A stretch of DNA of 64,000 nucleotides, from contig JBAZJW010000001.1 of the NCBI GenBank assembly GCA_041651055.1, forward strand, positions 20,737 to 84,736, read 5' to 3'. Below, one piece after another: positions 57,320 to 64,000 of this stretch (position 1 is its first letter; each line of letters starts with the position of its first letter). The position numbers were made by a program, and so were the translations under genes. The notes beneath the pieces are model-generated. The model searched no databases. It was not told where the DNA came from and saw only the letters and a program-made list of their open reading frames with translations. Source of the stretch: Minisyncoccota bacterium. GTDB lineage: Bacteria > Patescibacteriota > Minisyncoccia > Phycocordibacterales > UBA5272.

Positions 57320-57994
57320 ATGAAAACTCTACAACGTTCTACAGTGACAAAGGTTCTTACTCCTGCTTTCGCAGCAGCAATTCTCGGTCTCGGTCTCTTT
57401 TCTACAGCATCAGCTGCAGACATGCTTACATCACAGCTTGATTTCGGTGCACGCGGTATTAATGTTACAAACCTCCAGTCATTCCTCGCTGAAACGCCTT
57501 CTATCTATCCACAAGGATTGGTAACAGGCTACTATGGGTCTCTTACCGTTCAAGCTGTAAAGAATTTCCAGGCAGTATACGGATTTGATCAGGTTGGTCG
57601 TGTTGGTCCACAAACACTTGCTAAAATCAATTCATTGATTGCAAATGGTGGGTCAGTAAGTGCTGATGTTTCAGGTCCGGCACTCTACTCTGTTGCTCAA
57701 AATATTGGACAGACATACAACACGTTCTCATGGGCAACTAATGAAAATGCATCTGCTCGTGTTTTCTATAGTACATCTCCAGTACAGTTCAATGAAGGAG
57801 ATATCACATCAGCTGGATTCGGAGCACGTACAGGACAAGTTGCTTCAACAGATAGTAACTTCCGCACAACGCACTCAGTGTCAGTTATGAATCTTCAACC
57901 AAATACAATCTACTACTACACACTCGTCTCAACTGACGCGTCAGGTAATGTAAGTGTGTTCGGTCCAAACAACACATTCCGAACAAATCAGTAA
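57320..57994 (+). CDS. Secreted protein with peptidoglycan-binding domain and C-terminal FN3/PAP-like beta domain
   Basis: Signal peptide; PG_binding_1-like GYYGSLTVQAVKNFQ. Confidence 0.6.
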   Translation: MKTLQRSTVTKVLTPAFAAAILGLGLFSTASAADMLTSQLDFGARGINVTNLQSFLAETPSIYPQGLVTGYYGSLTVQAVKNFQAVYGFDQVGRVGPQTLAKINSLIANGGSVSADVSGPALYSVAQNIGQTYNTFSWATNENASARVFYSTSPVQFNEGDITSAGFGARTGQVASTDSNFRTTHSVSVMNLQPNTIYYYTLVSTDASGNVSVFGPNNTFRTNQ

Positions 57995-58022
57995 TACTGG
58001 TTGAAGGGGAATAGGGTTTAAC

Positions 58023-58056
58023 AAAAACCACATCTACGTTCGTAGATGTGGTTTTT
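58023..58056. terminator. Bidirectional terminator (aaaaaccacatctacg-ttcg-tagatgtggttttt)
   Basis: 16-bp stem flanked by A- and T-runs. Confidence 0.85.
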
Positions 58057-58057
58057 G

Positions 58058-58459
58058 TTATTGGTCCTCTCGTTGACGATTGATACTTGCTTGGTATTCT
58101 TCCTGAGCTTTCTTTTCTTTTCGAAGGAGCTCATCGATATGTCTGCGATTTTTTTCTCCGTAATCAATTTCTATTTCAAAAAATGGAATGACTTTTACAG
58201 GGAGGCGCTTCATAACAGTATGACGAAGTTCACTTCTCATGCGCTTTGCGAAATCTAGCGCTGCGGGCTCCTTTTCTTCAGGAATAGCAGTGATATAAAT
58301 CGTGCCATGCTTCATGTCTGCGGACACTTCGGCGCGAGTAACTGTGATGAGCGAAAGACCAGAGGATTCACGCTGGAAAAAATCTTGAGCAATACCAAGA
58401 ATCTCAAGTGCGATTTGAGTTTGGCGTTTACTTGGTAATTTGTTTGCGTCCATTAACAT
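58058..58459 (-). CDS. rbfA: Ribosome-binding factor A
   Basis: Follows infB as in the nusA-infB-rbfA operon; RbfA KH-like core. Confidence 0.75.
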   Translation of the reverse strand: MLMDANKLPSKRQTQIALEILGIAQDFFQRESSGLSLITVTRAEVSADMKHGTIYITAIPEEKEPAALDFAKRMRSELRHTVMKRLPVKVIPFFEIEIDYGEKNRRHIDELLRKEKKAQEEYQASINRQREDQ

Positions 58460-58502
58460 AGATGATAGAAATAAAGGTGATAGGTGAGAGGAATGCAGAT
58501 TG

Positions 58503-60016
58503 TTAAATACGAGACTTCTCAACTAAAATTGCTTCGAGTATGTCCGATGGAATCATTTCAACTTTACTTTCAACCATGAGACCACATTCGTTTCCCTCGT
58601 TTACGACGTCTGTTTTAATTTTTTGTGACTGTAGTTCGATAATGCGTCCACGACCGAGTTCGACACCGCGACGAATGATTTTGACAACAGTGTTGTTTTG
58701 AATTTTACCAGTTTCAACTCTTCCTCCGATAACATGCTTGTCCTTTTGTGAACTAAACGTACGCATAAGCTTGAGTGTGCCGAGAACAACCTCTTTCTCT
58801 TCGTATGGAAGGCGGCTCTCTACGATAGTGTCGAACCACTCTGAAAGTTTGTAAATAATATCGAAAAGTTGTGGGGTGATTTTGAAACGATCTGCTTGGT
58901 CACGGGCTTTTGCTTCAAGCTTGACTGCAAAGCCGATGATAACCGTCTTTTCATCTGATGATGCGAGCATAATATCTCCTTCTGAAATAGTCCCTACACC
59001 TTCAGCGATGATTTTAATTTTGATATCATCTGTCTCACGTTTCTTCAGTTCACGTTTTACAGCATCGAGTGTACCAAGTGAATCAGCTTTAATAACAACA
59101 GGGATTACAACCTTCGCATTGCGATAGATTTTCGGATCAAGAACAGCTCGGATGGTGTTTTGTTTTGTTTCTGATTGAAGCACTTCCATGACTTTTTTAT
59201 CAGAAGAAGAAACGAAAATGGCACCAGACGCAGGGATTTCATCGAAACCTGTAACTTTGATAGGCTGGCCTGCATGAGGAGATTTGATTGGACGCCCTGC
59301 AAAGTCTTCGATAATACGAATAGGGGAAAGTGCTGTACCTGCGACGATTGCACCTGATGTTGCGAGTGTTCCATCTTTGATGATGAGCGTCGCTGATACA
59401 CCACGCTTTTGATCGACAAAACTTTCAAGTATGTATCCTGTAGCATCAGTACTTAGGTCTGCCTTTAATTCATTCATTTCAACCATAAGCAAAAGGGTTT
59501 CGAGAAGGAAGTCGACACCTTGGCCTGTCTTTGCAGAAATTTCTACACAAGGAATGTCTCCTCCGTATCCTTCGATATAAATTCCATGTTCAACGAGTGA
59601 GTTTTTTGTTTTTTGGATATCTGCACCCGGTTTGTCGACTTTGTTGATAGCAACAACATACGGAAGCTTGTGCTCGTCGATCGTCTTCCAGGCTTCTACG
59701 GTTTGCGCCTTTACACCATCTTCGGCAGAGACGATAAGAATAGCGATGTCTGCTATTTCCACACCTCGTTCACGCATACTTTGGAATGCGGCATGCCCTG
59801 GAGTATCCAAGAATGTGATGGCTTTAGTTGATCCATCTCCTAGTTTTTGATTAACTTCGTACGCTGAAATACGCTGTGTGATTCCACCAGCTTCACCGTC
59901 TACAACGTTTGATTTTCGTATGAAATCAAGGAGAGATGACTTTCCGTGATCGACATGGCCAAGAACCGCGATAACGGGTTGACGAGAAACAGCCTTCAAT
60001 TCAGAAGTTTTTGGCA
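58503..60016 (-). CDS. infB: Translation initiation factor IF-2 (short form)
   Basis: G domain AVLGHVDHGKSSLLD...EAGGITQRI, domains II-IV. Confidence 0.9.
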
Positions 60017-60030
60017 TAATTTTATGGTGC

Positions 60031-60039
60031 AATTATACC
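60031..60039 (-). promoter_or_regulatory. Extended -10 promoter (TGgTATAAT) about 14 nt upstream of the infB ATG (near-leaderless)
   Basis: Reverse-complement reads gtggtataattgcaccataaaattATG. Confidence 0.4.
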
Positions 60040-60091
60040 ACAAAAATCCTTAAAAGGATAGGCAAGAGGTGAGAGGATAAAGGGAAGAGAA

Positions 60092-60147
60092 AGAAGGAGT
60101 GACCACTTCCTTCGACAAGCTCAGGATAAATCGTGGTCACTCCTTCT
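60092..60147. terminator. 15-bp hairpin (agaaggagtgaccac ... gtggtcactccttct)
   Basis: Perfect inverted repeat between infB and the 60174 gene. Confidence 0.5.
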
Positions 60148-60173
60148 TATCTGTATTTTCTATAAACTATAAA

Positions 60174-60656
60174 CTACCCCTTGTGTTCCTTCTTTGCTGC
60201 CCCGATAACAGACAGCTCTTCTTCGGTAAGTTCGTACGAACTCGCATATTTTTCTACAGGTTTTGCGAAGGTGTTGATACGATCACGAGCATGAAGAGAT
60301 GAGATGACTACACCGTTTCCTTTCTCATTCAAGAGTGCGATAGAGAAGCTTTGATTCGATCCTCCAACTTCGAAGGCTTTGTAACGAATTGTCTGTGCGT
60401 TGCGAAGAGCATTTGACACACGAGCGTCAAGTGTGAGAGCGTGTGAAGAAATGAGCTCGTTTCTTTTTTCTATTTCTGAAACAGCATCCACACATGATTT
60501 GATAACTGATTCAAGTGAAGCACCAGATTGACCTCGTGTGAAGCGGGCGATTTTGTAATGAAGGTATGCAATGTAAAGTAGTAAAAAAGAAAACAAGGTC
60601 ACAGCCAGAGTGTTTGGGTGTTGTGTCGTGTAGTTGAGGATCTGTGAAATATTCAT
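60174..60656 (-). CDS. Hypothetical membrane-anchored protein
   Basis: N-terminal TM helix. Confidence 0.5.
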   Translation of the reverse strand: MNISQILNYTTQHPNTLAVTLFSFLLLYIAYLHYKIARFTRGQSGASLESVIKSCVDAVSEIEKRNELISSHALTLDARVSNALRNAQTIRYKAFEVGGSNQSFSIALLNEKGNGVVISSLHARDRINTFAKPVEKYASSYELTEEELSVIGAAKKEHKG

Positions 60657-61091
60657 GTGTGATGAGTGTAGCAGAAAAGTGATTGTCGCGGCAGGTGTGT
60701 ATAACCTTTCCTCGTATATCTTTTCTCTGACAAAAAGATATGATAGAATTATTACAGGTGCTCATTTGGAGTCTATCGCGGCTAAGGGCCGCACGGACTG
60801 AAAAATGTTTTCTATGGGTCAACTGACTACATTATATGTACTCATTGATTTTCCATAGAAAACATTTTTTTATTTGGTATGATAGAGTATCTCTTAAGCA
60901 GTGTGATCGTACATTGTGTATCTTCGCTCTTTAACAAGCAAAATATATTGCAGGTAGAGAACGCCGCACGGCGACTCCCTAAGCATTGCAGACTCAGGTC
61001 TGTCCTTCGTAAGATGCTTTTGAAAATACTGCACCGAAAGCCCGCACGCGAAAGCCTCTGTGGGTTTTCCTTTTTATGATAGAGTAAAGAC

Positions 61092-62426
61092 ATGAATATG
61101 TTTTCTTTTTTCACACCTAAACAAGAACGGGTTTATTTGGATAACGCAGGGGCGACACCTCTTTCTGCTAGATCACAAACAGCGCTCACAGAATCTCTTT
61201 CTTTATATGGTAATCCATCAGGGATTCATAAAGAAGGGACGCAAGCTGGACTGCTGCTCGATAAGGCACGCGTACTCTGTGCGAATGTGCTCAATGCTCA
61301 TGCGTATGAGATTTATTTTGTAGGAACTGGAACAGAATCCTGCAATCTCGCAGTTTTGGGTACGTATGAGGGGTATAAGAAACAAGAAGTAAGAAGTATG
61401 GAGCAAGAAACTCCTGACGAAGAACGAAGAACGAAGAACGAGTTGCCTCATGTAATTGTTTCTACCATTGAACATCCAGCGGTACTGGAGCCAATTAGAA
61501 AACTCGAGAGAGAAAAAAAGATTCGTGTTACGTACCTTCCTGTTTATGAAAATGGCATTGTAAAAGTAAAGGATATACGTGATGTATTATGTGAAGAAAC
61601 TATTTTGGTTTCTGTTATGTATGCGAATAATGAAATAGGAACTATACAGCCAGTAAAAGAAATTGGTCGCGCCCTTGAAGAATGGAAAAAGGAACAGAAT
61701 CGCACGCATACCGCGTATCCATATTTTCATATCGATGCATGTCAGGCGGCGAATTATTGTAATCTCGATGTGGTACGGTTGCGCGCTCATTTGATGACGG
61801 TAAATAGTAGCAAGGTCTACGGTCCGAAAGGCGTAGCACTTTTATATAAACGTGAAGGAGTGAAGATTGAAGCACTTACGCACGGTGGTGGGCAAGAACG
61901 AGCCCTACGGAGTGGCACAGAGTCTGCGCCACTTGCGTACGCATTCGGTGTCGCGCTCAAAGAATCTCATGATATGAAAGAAGTGGAGTCTGTTCGACTA
62001 CGCATGCTTCGCGATGCATGTAAAAAAGAATTACAGCAAGCACTTCCAGATATTACATTTTATGGAGCGTGGGATGAGGGAAGACTTCAGACAACAGACG
62101 ACAGACAACAGAAGAGTCCAACAACACACGAAGAACGAAGAACAAAGAACGAGTTCAGACTACCAAATAACATTAATTGCCGGGTGCCGGGAATATCGTC
62201 GGAGGAAATGATTCTCAGGTTGGATGCGAAAGGGTTCGCAGTCTCACACAAGAGCGCATGTGCTTCTTCTGAAACAGACGGTAGTTATGTGGTGCAAGCA
62301 CTCGGTGCGTCAGAAGAAGAGTCTCTCGAGAATGTGCGCATTACACTTGGCCGTGCTACTTCAATGCAAGACCTGCACAGATTGGTGGAAGCAATGAAAG
62401 AGATTGTAATTAAATACAGGAAGTAA
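61092..62426 (+). CDS. Cysteine desulfurase (IscS/NifS family, class V aminotransferase) with two in-frame heptamer-repeat insertions
   Basis: PLP-fold motifs (…SSKVYGPKGVALLY, HKSACASS); extra EERRTKNE-containing loops. Confidence 0.85.
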   Translation: MNMFSFFTPKQERVYLDNAGATPLSARSQTALTESLSLYGNPSGIHKEGTQAGLLLDKARVLCANVLNAHAYEIYFVGTGTESCNLAVLGTYEGYKKQEVRSMEQETPDEERRTKNELPHVIVSTIEHPAVLEPIRKLEREKKIRVTYLPVYENGIVKVKDIRDVLCEETILVSVMYANNEIGTIQPVKEIGRALEEWKKEQNRTHTAYPYFHIDACQAANYCNLDVVRLRAHLMTVNSSKVYGPKGVALLYKREGVKIEALTHGGGQERALRSGTESAPLAYAFGVALKESHDMKEVESVRLRMLRDACKKELQQALPDITFYGAWDEGRLQTTDDRQQKSPTTHEERRTKNEFRLPNNINCRVPGISSEEMILRLDAKGFAVSHKSACASSETDGSYVVQALGASEEESLENVRITLGRATSMQDLHRLVEAMKEIVIKYRK

Positions 62427-62870
62427 TTAGTTATTAGTAATTGGTAATTAGTTGAAATACAAACAAATTAAAGTGGTATACTTTTCTTATGAAGACATTT
62501 AAAGATTTAGATGTTTGGCGGAGGTCTGTTTCTTTTGCAACTGATATTTATAGCGTAACTAAAACTTTTCCTAAAGAAGAAACGTATGGTTTAGTTTCTC
62601 AGTTACGAAGAGCTGGAGTTTCGATTGCTTCAAATATTGCAGAAGATAGCAAGAAAGGGAAGAAAGAATTTTCTCATTTTATTAAAATCTCACAAGGTTC
62701 TGGTGCAGAAATAGAAACTCAATTAATAATTGCTAAAAATTTAAATTATATAAAAGAGAATGATTTTGATAGACTAATTACTGAATTAGAATCAATTATG
62801 AGAATGCTTACAAATCTCTATAAATCTGTAGCTGAGGTTAACTAATTACCAATTACTAATAACTAATTAC
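62423..62870. repeat. Cassette bounded by perfect 31-bp inverted repeats GTAATTAGTTATTAGTAATTGGTAATTAGTT (62423-62453 and 62840-62870) enclosing a four-helix-bundle gene
   Basis: Exact reverse-complement arms built of TAATTAG heptamers; arms overlap the iscS and 4HB stop codons. Confidence 0.8.
62489..62845 (+). CDS. Four-helix-bundle protein of the 23S rRNA intervening-sequence / Avd-like family
   Basis: FKDLDVWRRS...FPKEE.YGLVSQLRRAGVSIASNIAE family signature. Confidence 0.75.
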   Translation: MKTFKDLDVWRRSVSFATDIYSVTKTFPKEETYGLVSQLRRAGVSIASNIAEDSKKGKKEFSHFIKISQGSGAEIETQLIIAKNLNYIKENDFDRLITELESIMRMLTNLYKSVAEVN

Positions 62871-62879
62871 TTTTAAAAT

Positions 62880-63440
62880 ATGTATACACCAAAAGATTTT
62901 TCATCGTTACTCGGGCTTGCAGGTATGAGTGATGCCATGCTTACCAATCACTTCACCTTGTATCAAGGATACGTGACCAATACCAACAAACTCGCAGACC
63001 TTTTGAAAGACAAAGAAGCGGGGACACCAGAGTACGCAGAACTTCACCGTCGCTTTGGATGGGAATGGAATGGTATGCGACTTCATGAGCTTTACTTTGG
63101 AAACCTCGTGAAAGGAGGAGTGAATTTAAGTGATAGAATTTTGAAACAAAAAATTGAAAGCACATGGGGGTCTGTCGAAAACTGGCAAAAAGAATTCGTT
63201 GGCATGGCCGCTATGCGTGGTATCGGATGGGTTATTCTTTCTCATGATAAGCGTGAAGGAAAACTTTTCAATGTATGGGTGAACGAACACGATGCCGGAC
63301 ATCTAGCAGGTGCGACACTGCTTCTTGTGATGGATGTGTTTGAACATGCGTACATGACGGATTACGGAATAAAGCGCGCGGATTATATCAATGCGTTTAT
63401 GTCAGCAATCGATTGGCACGCAGTGGAGGAAAGACTATAA
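62880..63440 (+). CDS. Fe/Mn superoxide dismutase
   Basis: N-terminal helical hairpin with His ligands, C-terminal D..EHAY motif. Confidence 0.85.
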   Translation: MYTPKDFSSLLGLAGMSDAMLTNHFTLYQGYVTNTNKLADLLKDKEAGTPEYAELHRRFGWEWNGMRLHELYFGNLVKGGVNLSDRILKQKIESTWGSVENWQKEFVGMAAMRGIGWVILSHDKREGKLFNVWVNEHDAGHLAGATLLLVMDVFEHAYMTDYGIKRADYINAFMSAIDWHAVEERL

Positions 63441-63476
63441 AATAGTTAGGGGTTAACAGTTAGGAGTTAGGAGTTG
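63441..63476. repeat. GTTAGG-type heptamer array (aatagttaggggttaacagttaggagttaggagtt)
   Basis: Same family as the 17781 / 18511 / 26421 arrays. Confidence 0.6.
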
Positions 63477-63548
63477 ATGCAAAATAAAAGATAGTAATCG
63501 TGACCAAAAAATACTATCACATACGAGGCTTAATCATATACTTACATT

Positions 63549-63890
63549 ATGTTTCAATTCATATATAATCCAATGTTTGCATGGCCGTTAGTGGTGACGG
63601 CAACTATTGTTGAGACTATTTGGTTTGTCGTACTAAAGAAATCTGGAGGGTTAGAAGTTTGGCCGTATAACTTACTAAGTATAATTATTGTGCTGATAGA
63701 TTTGCCTCTCCTATCGATTGCCATGAAGACTATCCCATCTGGATCTGTTTACGCTTTTTGGACAGGAGTTTCTGCTATTTGTATAACCGCTCTTGGAATT
63801 TACTTTTTCCATGAGCCTGTAACTTTTTGGAGATTATTTTTTATTGGTGTGGCTGTGCTTGGTGTGGTCGGTTTACAACTTAACTCATAA
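63549..63890 (+). CDS. Small multidrug resistance (SMR/EmrE/SugE) family transporter
   Basis: About 110 aa, four TM helices, conserved Glu in TM1. Confidence 0.75.
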   Translation: MFQFIYNPMFAWPLVVTATIVETIWFVVLKKSGGLEVWPYNLLSIIIVLIDLPLLSIAMKTIPSGSVYAFWTGVSAICITALGIYFFHEPVTFWRLFFIGVAVLGVVGLQLNS

Positions 63891-63895
63891 TTATG

Positions 63896-64000
63896 AACAT
63901 AGTTTTAGCTGGGTCGATGGTATTTTTTGAAAAGATGCAGGAGATAAAACGAGAACTGGAATCTAAAGGTCATCATGTCGTCGCTCCAGTATTTTCAAAA
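63896..64000 (+). CDS. Partial ORF (N-terminus only), possibly a nucleoside 2-deoxyribosyltransferase-like Rossmann protein
   Basis: MNIVLAGSMVFFEKM...; truncated by the window end. Confidence 0.3.

Noticed and set aside
60657-61091. Candidate SRP RNA, RNase P RNA or tmRNA in the long intergenic region
   Set aside because: There is a partial resemblance (GGUGCUcaUUU, UCAGGUCUG) to SRP domain IV. The conserved GGAAGGAAGCAGC, RNase P CR-I/CR-V and tmRNA tag or acceptor signatures are absent. It is kept only as an unexplained structured region.
60842-61114. 90-aa minus ORF and 66-aa plus ORF in the iscS upstream region
   Set aside because: No RBS, low-complexity composition, and overlapping inverted repeats make them unlikely to be coding.

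Overview
This 64-kb, AT-rich window looks like a reduced-genome bacterium (the small, non-CCA-encoding tRNAs, many near-leaderless genes and heptamer repeat arrays are Patescibacteria/CPR-like; that assignment is inference). Core housekeeping genes are clear: family-4 UDG, rpoB, rpoC, dnaG, a sigma-70 rpoD with a Lys-rich N-terminal tail, obg, gatB, miaA, glutaredoxin, parB, rel (RelA/SpoT), topA, dprA, an RluA-family pseudouridine synthase, infB, rbfA, an IscS/NifS-like cysteine desulfurase, Fe/Mn SOD, an SMR transporter and an ECF sigma/anti-sigma module. There are five tRNA genes (Leu-CAA, Cys-GCA, Lys-CTT, Leu-TAA, Leu-TAG). The main accessory feature is a ~15.4-kb integrated element (37310-52667) inserted at the 3' end of tRNA-Leu(TAA), with a 16-bp direct repeat. 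It carries a large serine recombinase, winged-HTH proteins, a membrane-anchored HerA/FtsK-like (DUF87-type) ATPase operon and a complete type I R-M system (hsdMSR plus a DUF45 HExxH protease). Beyond the genes, the window has three unusual non-coding layers. The first is a family of tRNA-linked hairpin elements (at least six copies) whose arms covary with the T-arm of the adjacent tRNA. The second is heptamer arrays of CGTTAGG-type and TAATTAG-type in inverted orientation around terminators, which also sit in-frame inside iscS and as perfect 31-bp inverted repeats around a four-helix-bundle (rRNA-IVS family) gene. The third is several cis-regulatory hairpins: one sequestering the rpoB start, a conserved 25-nt motif after rpoC and rpoD, and a structured leader in the island. 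Several GC-rich singleton genes look horizontally acquired. No CRISPR array or rRNA was seen.
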